In this document: piece after piece, positions 11,801-21,763 of the stretch
Position numbering within the stretch: the stretch's first letter is position 1
How the letters are laid out: each line of letters opens with the position of its first letter
NCBI GenBank assembly: GCA_973895155.1
Contig: OZ316895.1
Location: 7,676,184 to 7,740,183 of the forward strand
DNA length: 64,000 nt
Direction of reading: 5' to 3'
DNA from: Marsupella aquatica
Taxonomy: Eukaryota; Plantae; Marchantiophyta
Made by a program: the position numbers and the translations under genes
The notes under the pieces: model-generated
What the model was told of the DNA's origin: nothing
What the model saw: the letters and a program-made list of their open reading frames with translations, nothing else
The model's database searches: none

Positions 11801-14478
11801 GGAATGCCAATGGGGTTGAGGTTAGCAAGTTTGATTCTTCTGAGGCACAGAAAGTGTCAGCACCTGAATCCGCACCAAAAGCACCGCCCCCTCCACCAAA
11901 GGGCCCACCGCCACCCCCACCCCCTCCTGGCCCACCAGCTGGTCTCCCAGGTGGACCGTCTTCTACCCCTCCAACACCTGCAAACAGTATGAGTGCTGTA
12001 TTTCAAGAAATCAGCAAAGGAGAAGCCGTTACAGCGGGTTGGTTCTCTGTTTGACTCATTGCCTGCTCTATGTTGAAATTAATGTTGTGGAGGTTACGAG
12101 TCTTAGATTAAATGGAACTTACAAATTTCAGCATCTTTTCTATGAAGTTTAGGGTTAGAAGCTCGCTTTAGGAAAGAGAGTTGATTTGTGGTCCAAGTTC
12201 TAGTGGGTTGATTTGTGGTCAATTCACTCACAAAAAGCTCGGTCTTTGGTTCTGCAGCGAGGAAATCCTCTAAATTTCTGGCTGAATGATAACCTGTCTT
12301 GCAGGATTGAGGAAAGTGACTGATGACATGAAGACTAAGAACAGGGCTGATAGATCAGGAGCTGTCCCTGCTGGATCTGCTTCTGTATCTGAAAAGGGGA
12401 GTCCCGCAGGCCCAGTGAAAGCTGTGGTGAAGAAACCGCTCTTTGAGCTCCAGTTGGGGCGCAAGTAAGTCAAAACTCCCCGGATGTCATTATAAATAGC
12501 ATTTTCAGATTTCTGTCTCTGAAGGTGGCGATTAAGTAGATATTCCTTTCAAGGGAAAAATATATATGGAGCCGTTCTCTACAGTTACTCAAACTGCCCT
12601 TAACCACAAATACGCAAAGTTTGTAAACGACATTTGAAGCGCGGTAGACGGACAGCATGTACGGAGAACTAGTATGATATCTTGACCAGGATGTAGGTTT
12701 AAGACTAGATTTGTACTGAACTAAACCATAAACGTCCCAGCGGCGTTGCACTCAAAATGCCAGTAGAAGTTAATTCCACGTTCATTTAGCTCCTTGACTG
12801 AACTGTCATCTGCTTCCATAACAAGATTTCATGAGGAGTTAGGAGACTCGCAATGCTGCCGGCCTATTGAATTTGGCCTTCTCTCACGCTTAATACTTTG
12901 CTCTGCTCGCCGATATATCCTCCTGAATACTTATCCAAAGTGGTATATGAGTTTTCTGGCCGTTATAGTGCGATGTTTGGAGGGTTTGTTTCTTCTCTAG
13001 CCTTGGTGGGAAAGGGCCGATGGCTTTGGGACTCATGTTCACAAGAATCTTCCATACTCAGTGTCTTGTTCTTCTGCCACAGGTGGGTGGTGGAAAATCA
13101 GGTGGGCAACAGGAATTTGGTGATAGAAGATACTAATCCCAGGCAGTCTGTCTATATCTTTGGGTGCAAGGACTCGGTAATTCAAGTGAAAGGTATTTAA
13201 CCAGTGACTTCCGATGGTCTACTTTGACTTGGTGCCGAAACGAATAATAACAGCATACTTACACTTAATTGCCAGCCAGCAGATTTGAAGGTAGAAGTTT
13301 TCCTGGAATGTTAACGGTTCAATGATTTCATGTTTCTGTCATTGAAAGGTAGTTTCTAACTCAACAGATGAGTGTTGTTGTGCTTTGCAGGCAAGGTCAA
13401 CAACATTACTGTAGACAAGTGTACGAAAACGGCTGCGGTTTTTGGTGTACGCAAGCTATCTGCCTACCCCCCTGAAGTTTTTTGTTGTGGGTTGTTTCAT
13501 GATGTAAGTGCCTAATACAGTCGGTCTGATTGAAAATGGAATTCGTATTTTTCTGCAGGATGTGGTTGCAGCATTTGAAGTGGTGAATTGTACGAGTGTG
13601 GAGGTCCAGTGCCAGGTATTAAGATCTGTCATGAACTTGAATGCTAGGTGGATCCTTTAACTGGTTACTTGTACTCTCTGCAAACCCGTAGCTGGTTGAG
13701 GGCGTTTTCGAGGCCGATTTTCAATATGCCCACCAGGCTCAAATTTGCTTCTCTGGATTTCCGTATAATGTTCTTTAGCTTACGGAGCATATGGTCCATC
13801 GACAGGGGACGGCACCAACAATTGCCATAGACAATACAAATGGGTGTCAGCTGTATTTGAGCAAGGATTCGTTGAAGTCTTCCATAACTACAGCAAAGTC
13901 AAGTGAAGTGAACGTCGCGGTTCCTGGAGCGACACCAGAAGATGATTTGGTATGTACAACTTTTGTGGAGCGTCGTGAAATTGTCAGTGTTGTTCGACTA
14001 AGACGATACAAGTCGCGAGCCCGGTGACTCTATTTTTCGTACATAATTTGGCTATCACAATGCTGAATCCAATCAACTATTTGTTTGGACCGTATAGTTT
14101 CAGCTCATCCTAGAGTACATGACTTCTTGGAGTGATTTTTCGAAGACAGCTGCATGACAAGGCGTTATCTCATTACTCTTGAGCTTATACGAACAGACCA
14201 AGCTACACAACGTGGACAGCATTGTCTGTTTCGTATAAGCTCAGTAACGCTAATTTCTTGAGTTTGGACCTGCAATAACGCTTTTAGACTGCGATTGAAA
14301 ACCAATCAGATAATGTGCCGTATGTCTATAAGGGGAGGTGAGGGAATGAGAACGTCTCAGAATTGCTCATTCTATACTTTGATGATGGCAGGTGGAGCAT
14401 GCATTACCAGAGCAGTTTCTGAACGTGTTTCAAGATGGGCAATTTGTAACAACCCCAGTATCGCACTCTGGAGGTTAA
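8888..14478 (+). CDS. CAP1: Adenylyl cyclase-associated protein (CAP/Srv2), actin regulator, ~521 aa, 10 exons
   Basis: Exons 8888-9247, 10898-11066, 11260-11324, 11680-12037, 12305-12464, 13083-13192, 13391-13446, 13559-13615, 13806-13949, 14392-14478. All introns are GT-AG and the frame is conserved (1566 nt). Motifs: N-terminal RLE (LVARLEKVALVLE), SAEFYNNKIL, WAKSVK..L..YVKKFHTTGPAWN, poly-Pro, WH2 (GLRKVTDDMKTKNR), CARP (KWVVENQ, GKVNNITVDKC, ITTAKSSEVNV, EHALPEQF) and C-terminal VSHSGG*. Confidence 0.97.
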
Positions 14479-17400
14479 GTAAACGAGGCTCAAAAATATA
14501 TATATAGAGTACATATTACCATTGACCTGATTTCACATTGAGGGGGTCAAGCTCCTTTCCTGAAAAAGGCTCCATTTTTTTCTCGTCAGCTCTATGATAT
14601 TCATCTGTAGATAAAGCGGTTGGAATGTGCTACGATCCGGTCAAGTGTGTATGAGCCACATGGCCCGCGCAGGTCCCTTGCACATCTGTGAATGTACCGT
14701 CGTTGATCAGGACTTGAAACCATGGTGTAGAAATTGCAACGATTAGGATGGACTTCAGTATGAGAAGTCCTGGGTTGAACAATTAAAATTCTCACATGAA
14801 TGTTACAGTCTTGTGATCTTGTTCATTCACTTCCTTATTTTGGGGGAAGAGAAGGGGAAAATTTGAGGCTACTTCCAGGAGTTTTTGTGTCCCATCTTGG
14901 TAGATGTCTAATTTACTGATGTTGAAGTTCACAATATTCATTGTCTCCTTCGTAAAGATAACCTACCCCGCAATGTTGATAATGATGAGGCACTATCCTT
15001 TATTGCATAATCAAGATGTACGCTTATGGGAACCCCTTCACCGAGAATTTAAAAAAACTAGTCATGCAGCAACTCCTCTCAGATGCTGTAGCCCAACAAA
15101 ACCTCGAGGAAGTGACTCCTATGTAATTGACTCACCTCCTCTGCACTCGGCACTGGAGATAAATACCCTGGTCACTCCGCGTACCTGTTCCTTAACACAG
15201 TCCTTCGCGTCACTTGAGTCCTCACAGGCTCAAACCTCATGAAGGGGACCTATGTTGTCAAGAATCCCAACAGACAGTAATCCTCAAGAAGGTGTGGAGC
15301 TAGCTTGGCATTGCAGGAATGTTCGACAAGATTGATTACAACGGAGCGGCGTACTGAATTTCAACATCGACCTAATGCCACTGGGGTGTCGGCAATGCAA
15401 TCACCGCTCAGGTCCTTCATACTCGCAGCCAGGCTCCAGGTTGAGGCACCTGCATTTGGGGAGGTTTGGCTGACACTGCAGCTGAAACAGCCACAAAAAC
15501 ACGCAATAAGTTCTTTCTTCATCATCCCAAGAACAGTCTGGGAAGGAAGCTGCATGCCCACAATCCTGCTTCAAGCAACACGAATGCGGCTCCAAAACCT
15601 AATCTATGGCCACGGTGGTGAGAGTAAGGACTCTTACCACTCAAAAGGAAATATGAAAAGCGAGATCAAGGAATGTCCTAAAGCTTGCACAGATCCAGTG
15701 TCGAGTTCTTTCTCGAAATCACTCAAGAGGAGTGTAGATTGCAAATAACTTATTAAGGGGACGAAACACCAATGTAGTGTCATCCCAGTTCACCAAACAG
15801 TACTGTATTGCCATCCCGGTTAGTGCAAGACCTGCGTGAAACATTAATTGCTCCTCATTTTAGTGAATAGCACACGGCGGGAAAATTGATCTCCTAGTTT
15901 CCTTTTCCCATCTTAAAATAATATATCACATGATCCCAATGCCAAAGCAACCCAAGGAAGGGAAGGAAAAGAAAAGAGAGGAGAGGGCCCCAAGAAAAAC
16001 AAGCCAAGGGGACCCAAGCAAATGAAGAAGCCAGGGCCAAAAACAGGGCCAAAAAAGGTACCTTAAAACCAATGAATACACTGAAAGTCATTGTTGACAC
16101 CTGGATACTTACGGTAGAAGTTGGGCACAAGTAAATGCACATCAAAAAACAACAGACTACCATGTACAACACACTCAGTGATAGAAAATTCATCTCAAAT
16201 GTGGGCAAATGCCACATGGCACGATACACTGTATGCTGCTGCTTTTCTATGTGCATTTACTAGAAAAGTCAGAAGTTTACACGAAAAAATTATTTCTAGG
16301 TTTCACAAGGACCCCAAAGTATTTTGTTAGTCAGGCCCATATTTATAATAATTTTTCTTATTTTAATTTTTTAATTTTTTAAAAGGCGATGGTGCGCAAA
16401 CTACATGGCATTATGGTAGTGTAACCTTCAGATGGGGAAGAAAGTAGATGGATGTGGACAAAGACCATGCTATTACAAAGAGTCTTATTATGAAGCCTAC
16501 AAGAAAAGGCTCTTCTTGTTTCTGCACGTTAGAAATCCAACTTCATGTAAGTAGCATGTTGGGAGCCCACAACTGATACTTCCCTTGTAACCCATTGAGT
16601 TGCAATTATAAAATTTTCATGCCAAGATGTTATATGAATCATTCTTTCTTTACAAAAGTTTCTTCATTCTTAAGAGTCATGCTAATTAATGTCTTGTCTC
16701 AGTAGCAAACTTATATAGAGGGTATAATTAGATTAATGTACCCCATGTAGGATGTTAGGATAGCTTTGCAAAGTGAGAGCAAATCTGTAAATTATGTATC
16801 ATATTTATCAGCAAATCATGGAACTCACCAGTAGTTTTTTCAAGTAAGACTTTGCAACCAAGAATGTTGAAGCTCAGCTTCTTATGTCACATTCCCTAAA
16901 GAAAAACAACATGAAATGAAACAAAACACATTTGGAGAAGTTTTTCAACTTTGAAAAGCTTAACACTCACATTACTGTAAGCCAATCCTTGAAGCATTGA
17001 GAGGTTATTGTAGTTAGAATTTAACTTATCAATGCCAGCCACATGTCATAGCTTGCCTTATGTTTTTAAAAACTCTTTTGGTGTGAAATCAGTGTTGATG
17101 AATAATAAATTACCTTCCTTTTGTGTCAATCTGTCCGGGTAATCTGCTGATTGCATGAAGGTTGAATCTTAGCTTCAAGCATCATGTCACAAGTCATGTG
17201 GAGGTGCTCTAAGAAACCTCTTTAGCCAAGACCATCATTTCCAACAAAATCAAACTTGTTTTCCCATTGGTGGTGTTATGTGATGAAGAATAGTTTTCAT
17301 CCCATACACTTGCAAGTCATTGAAAATATTAGTTGAGGGCCAAGCTCCTCACTGTTCATATTTTCTTCTTTCACTTAAGCTTCTAACTTGTGATTTTGGT

Positions 17401-17485
17401 AGTAGGGTTGGCCATTTTGGTGGAGAGAGATAGGGTTGACATGTTTCATCAAGCTTTGCATTTTGAGCTTGAAACATGACAAATA

Positions 17486-20400
17486 TCACAATTCTTTTGG
17501 GACATTTCTCTTGATCCTGTTGGAATGAGCCTCCAAGTGAACAACCTCCATTGATCCAGATCCAAGATGAGCAGACCCTTGATTAGGATTATCTGCCAAG
17601 TGTTGTGAAGGAGCTGAAGCTTTTTTGTTCCCACGGTTTGAACGCGGAAATGGGCTTGAAGATGGTGACCCAAGTGTTGCAGACGAGGCTCCGGATAGAC
17701 GAGCTGAATCTGATCCATGAGATCCACGAGATCTATAGACATTTGATAAATTAGATGAAATACTGGAAGGTCTATTAAAATTAATCTGAGTGCCCTGAGC
17801 TTGCAGTGAAGGCAGAGAAAGTCCAGGAAGTACATCTATAGCTGAGGTTTGTTTTGTGGGCTTACTACTTTGTTTCAGATTTGGCATAGGTAATGGCCAT
17901 TTAGGAGGAGGTAGATTGTTACCAGTTGGAACAAGATGATTTTTCTCCACTTTTGGAGAGTTTTGAAGTGGCCTAACTGTGGGTGGAGTACTGGAAGATT
18001 TATTAACATGAATCTGGGTACCCTTAGCTTGAAGTGCAGGAGATACATCTACAGCCAAGACTTGCTTTTGTGGCTTACTACTTTGTTTCAGATTTGGGAT
18101 TGGTAGCGGCCATGTATGATGTAGATTGTCATCAATTGGAATAAGATGAGTTTTCTCCACTTTTGAAGAGATTTGAAGTGGCCTGGGAGCTGAGGGTGGA
18201 GTACTGGAGGGTGTATTAAAATGATTCTGATTGCCCTTAGCTTGCAGTGAAGGCACAGAAAGTGCAGAAGATGCATCTCCAGCTAAGGTTTGTTTTTTAG
18301 GCTTACTATTGAGTTTCAGATTTGGAATTGGTAGTGGCCATGTAGGAGGAGGTAGATTGCTACCAAGTGAAATACGATGAGTTTTCTCCACTTTTGGAGA
18401 GTTTGAAATTGGCCTAGGAAGTGTGGGCGAGCGATGAACTAATTGCACTTGCTTGCCTTCTGGCAATGTGAAGAGTCTAGCATGAGTATTGTCCCAAGAT
18501 GTGTTGACAACCTCTGAGTTTTCCACCCACTCCAAACTAGTGGGCTGTTCAGGCTGGGAAGATTGAGAGACTAGATCAACTGTTAAGTTTAGAGTAGGGA
18601 TTTCTGTCCACAAAGTCTCAACCCTTTCTTCCCCTTGTTCAGAAGAGATAGGTTGTACATTATAGTCTAAAGAAACATCTACCCATGAGCATTTTTCCTG
18701 GCTTGATGGCATGAGAGAGCTCATGTCATCTCCAACAAGAATATCAATATCATGGATATCCACCCATGAGTTGTTTCCTTGGCTTGGGTTGTTGCCCATA
18801 AAAAGAACAGTGTCATGAATATCCACCCATGAGCTTTTTGATCTGCGAGCTGCATCTCCCAGTGACAATTCAATATCAGTCCACTCATTTTCATTCTCAA
18901 ACAGCGCATTTTTGAACGAGATAGGATCCTCCTTGGTTAAGATGGAGTCCTCCCATTTAGATACAGTTTCTGCTCCAATATCAAATGTTGTTGGAGTAAT
19001 TGTTGTTGGAGGAAATGGTATCTCTCCAGATAAACATTGGACAACTTGCTTCATAGTTGGTCTTTCTTGTGGAAGAAGATCAAGACACATCAAGCTAAGT
19101 TTGGAAACTAATACAAACTGTTGAATTTCATCGTCTGTCATAATATCATCTTCAATTGCATCTGTGAGCTTCTCTTCATCTTTCAAATATGATACCCACT
19201 CAACTAAATTTTGTTCCTCTGGTGGTTTTGCATGGTCCTCAAGTTGTCTTTGGCAAGCAATTTCAAGACACAATATTCCAAATGCATACACATCTGTGTA
19301 TTGCGTGCCAGTCTTACTTTTGGCAAACTCTGGTGCAAGATACCCAAAAGTTGCATCTTGGACGTATAGTGAAGATGGTGTTTCTGTTTGCTCCATATCA
19401 ATCAAGCAACTCAATCTATAATCTCCTAGTTTGGATTTTGTTTGGTCATTTTCTATGATGACACTGTGAGATGTCACATTCCCATGGATGATTGGTGATT
19501 GCCATCCTTCATGTAGATATTTCAAAGCACTTGCAATAGCTTTGATAGTGTCAAACCTCTTGTCCCAGGGATAAGCAGCAATATATCCAGGACTTTTAAA
19601 TAGAATCCTGTCAAGACTCTGCCCCCTGACTAGTTCATAGACAATGTAGAATCGTCCTTGGTGTTTACACCAACCAAGAAATTTAACCAAGTTGGGATGT
19701 TGTAGCCGGCTGAAAATGGACATTTCTGCCCGGACTTCCTTGGACTTTATTTTCAGAAGTTCTATGTTCATCACTTTCACAGCAATTTCAGCAGAGGAGT
19801 CTTCCAAGAAGCCTCTGTAAGTAGCATGTCTTTCTGAAATAGTTTGGCTAAGCTTATTACTTGAACTAAAACCATTGGTTGCTTCACTCAATTCCCTGTA
19901 CTGATATCGAGTGGCTTCAACCTCCTCTTCTACATGAGCTGCTTCTTTTAAGAGGTTAGCGATTTGTTCCTTCTCATTTGTTGTGCCCAAACCATGATCG
20001 CTGGAAGGATCAAGAGGTTTCTCGACTAATCTAGATGATCTTTTAAGACCTAAGATCATGGTTGCCATAGAGGACCTTGGGGGTTTTGTTTGTCTTTGAA
20101 TGATTGTTTCAGTTGTAACATCAACTCTTGCAACTTCATCTTCAGGAGAGCTGTAATAATTGAGTGAATCTCCCCAAAGAGAGCCTCGTCCAAAAGAGTA
20201 CTCCTCAGTGTTTATTACCTGGAAGTTGTTTCTGTCTGCCTGTTTCTTAGCTTTTGTCACAATGTTTAGCACCATATCACCTTTTTGAGACTCGTTTTCC
20301 TTTGAGGAAAAATCATTTTTGCCTTCACCATCTTCCTCAATGTTCTCTTGACCTTGTTCTCCTAAGGAACAAAACTCCCCTAAGGTACTAAATTCCAGTT

Positions 20401-21763
20401 CTATCAAATCATCAGGATTTGCAAGACAAGCAAACCCAAATTGGGAAAAGCCTACCAAAATTGCTAAAATTAGCGTGATGATAAATAGCACTCCTAGTGT
20501 TGTACCCAAGACTTTTCCAAAGTAAGCAGCTTTAGCTGCTAAAGTATTGTTAGCATTTTCTACATATGGGCTAGGAATAATTGGGACAGGTGCCATGGAT
20601 CCGTTAGGTGTAGGACTAAATGCAGGTGTCATAGATCTATTAGGTGTAGGACTAAATGCAGGCGACATGGGTCTATTAGGGGTAGGACTAAATGCAGTCG
20701 TCATGGATCTTTTAAGTGTAGGACTAAATGGTGGGGGTGATGGCAGTGGGGATGGCGGGGGTGGTGGATGAAGGTAAAAATTGGAGTTATAAACATGAGG
20801 CAAATGAAAAAAAATGGGTGGCAGAGAGCGCACATTCTGAGGGTTCCTATTGCCAATAGGTGAAAGAAGGGAGTAAGGCAGGGCAGGTGAATTCTCAGCC
20901 ACATTTAGGTGTGCTTCAAATGACCAATTATGAATTAAAACTCCGTTCTCATGGTTTGATTGGGTTTGAGAGCTAAAGCCCACATACACTAGGTTAGCAT
21001 ACAGAGGACTTAAATCGATCAAAATTTTGATGATCGGCTGTTGTGGTTTGTTGCTATCATTCCGTATCCTGATCTCAAGTTCTTTGGTTGCATCATTATA
21101 GTCAACCCATGAATATCTTAAGTTTCCATCGTTTGGTGAAAGACCAAGTAAGGATGGATTTATTCTGGCCAGAGACGGAACATTCTCAAGACCTCTTCCT
21201 ATGCGCCTGGTGTTGGTGCCATTGAACACTTTGTTCATACTCATATCATATTCTACTATAGCAACAACACGAATGGGAGGTTTCATATTATCTAAGGTCA
21301 AAGAACTCAGATTTAAGGGTGTTCCATCAGCGGATGTATTGTCAGGAATTTCCATCAGAAAGAAGGCAAAATGAGCTTTGGTTTGGTCAGTGAAGGAGGG
21401 AAGTGAGAATGAAAAAGATGTGCTAAAAGATGTCATGGGTACTCTTCTTGTTTGGGGATTTATTCCCTGGAAGGCAATGCTTTTCGAGTGAAGTACAAGG
21501 CCTCGACAAATGTTGATTTGGCAAGAAGTGAAACCTGGGCTTGTAAGCTGCAATGCTCGTACATCATTGTCAATGGTTGCACTATACAGAAATGTTAGTG
21601 TACCAGTTCCGTTGTCTGTAGTGAACTCATTGTATCTGAAGGAGGTAGGGTCCACTTGTACCCATTGTGGAGGGACAATTGATGCTACCACCTTTGAAGT
21701 TCTCATATTTACCACAGAGGTGATAGTACTTAGGATGATGACCATCAACATTAGGATCGTCAT
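17486..21763 (-). CDS. L-type lectin receptor-like kinase, predicted catalytically inactive, with Pro-rich ectodomain linker and long repetitive C-terminal tail (1425 aa, single exon)
   Basis: Signal-like hydrophobic N-terminus. Legume-lectin motifs: SFSTSFSF, FAFFL, VVAIVEYD, WVDYN, VYVGFSS, IHNWSF. Pro-rich and 12-aa repeats, then a TM segment (VLGTTLGVLFIITLILAILVGF). Kinase fold (IAVK, LQHPNLVKFLGWC, GYLAPEF, DVYAFGILCLEIAC, ERPTMKQVVQCL) with HRD->HGN and DFG->DYR. Confidence 0.9.
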   Translation of the reverse strand: MTILMLMVIILSTITSVVNMRTSKVVASIVPPQWVQVDPTSFRYNEFTTDNGTGTLTFLYSATIDNDVRALQLTSPGFTSCQINICRGLVLHSKSIAFQGINPQTRRVPMTSFSTSFSFSLPSFTDQTKAHFAFFLMEIPDNTSADGTPLNLSSLTLDNMKPPIRVVAIVEYDMSMNKVFNGTNTRRIGRGLENVPSLARINPSLLGLSPNDGNLRYSWVDYNDATKELEIRIRNDSNKPQQPIIKILIDLSPLYANLVYVGFSSQTQSNHENGVLIHNWSFEAHLNVAENSPALPYSLLSPIGNRNPQNVRSLPPIFFHLPHVYNSNFYLHPPPPPSPLPSPPPFSPTLKRSMTTAFSPTPNRPMSPAFSPTPNRSMTPAFSPTPNGSMAPVPIIPSPYVENANNTLAAKAAYFGKVLGTTLGVLFIITLILAILVGFSQFGFACLANPDDLIELEFSTLGEFCSLGEQGQENIEEDGEGKNDFSSKENESQKGDMVLNIVTKAKKQADRNNFQVINTEEYSFGRGSLWGDSLNYYSSPEDEVARVDVTTETIIQRQTKPPRSSMATMILGLKRSSRLVEKPLDPSSDHGLGTTNEKEQIANLLKEAAHVEEEVEATRYQYRELSEATNGFSSSNKLSQTISERHATYRGFLEDSSAEIAVKVMNIELLKIKSKEVRAEMSIFSRLQHPNLVKFLGWCKHQGRFYIVYELVRGQSLDRILFKSPGYIAAYPWDKRFDTIKAIASALKYLHEGWQSPIIHGNVTSHSVIIENDQTKSKLGDYRLSCLIDMEQTETPSSLYVQDATFGYLAPEFAKSKTGTQYTDVYAFGILCLEIACQRQLEDHAKPPEEQNLVEWVSYLKDEEKLTDAIEDDIMTDDEIQQFVLVSKLSLMCLDLLPQERPTMKQVVQCLSGEIPFPPTTITPTTFDIGAETVSKWEDSILTKEDPISFKNALFENENEWTDIELSLGDAARRSKSSWVDIHDTVLFMGNNPSQGNNSWVDIHDIDILVGDDMSSLMPSSQEKCSWVDVSLDYNVQPISSEQGEERVETLWTEIPTLNLTVDLVSQSSQPEQPTSLEWVENSEVVNTSWDNTHARLFTLPEGKQVQLVHRSPTLPRPISNSPKVEKTHRISLGSNLPPPTWPLPIPNLKLNSKPKKQTLAGDASSALSVPSLQAKGNQNHFNTPSSTPPSAPRPLQISSKVEKTHLIPIDDNLHHTWPLPIPNLKQSSKPQKQVLAVDVSPALQAKGTQIHVNKSSSTPPTVRPLQNSPKVEKNHLVPTGNNLPPPKWPLPMPNLKQSSKPTKQTSAIDVLPGLSLPSLQAQGTQINFNRPSSISSNLSNVYRSRGSHGSDSARLSGASSATLGSPSSSPFPRSNRGNKKASAPSQHLADNPNQGSAHLGSGSMEVVHLEAHSNRIKRNVPKEL
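20598..20735 (-). repeat. 36 nt (12 aa) tandem repeat in the LecRK ectodomain, 4 copies
   Basis: GTAGGACTAAATG recurs every 36 nt. The protein reads FSPTLKRSMTT-AFSPTPNRPMSP-AFSPTPNRSMTP-AFSPTPNGSMAP. Confidence 0.9.
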
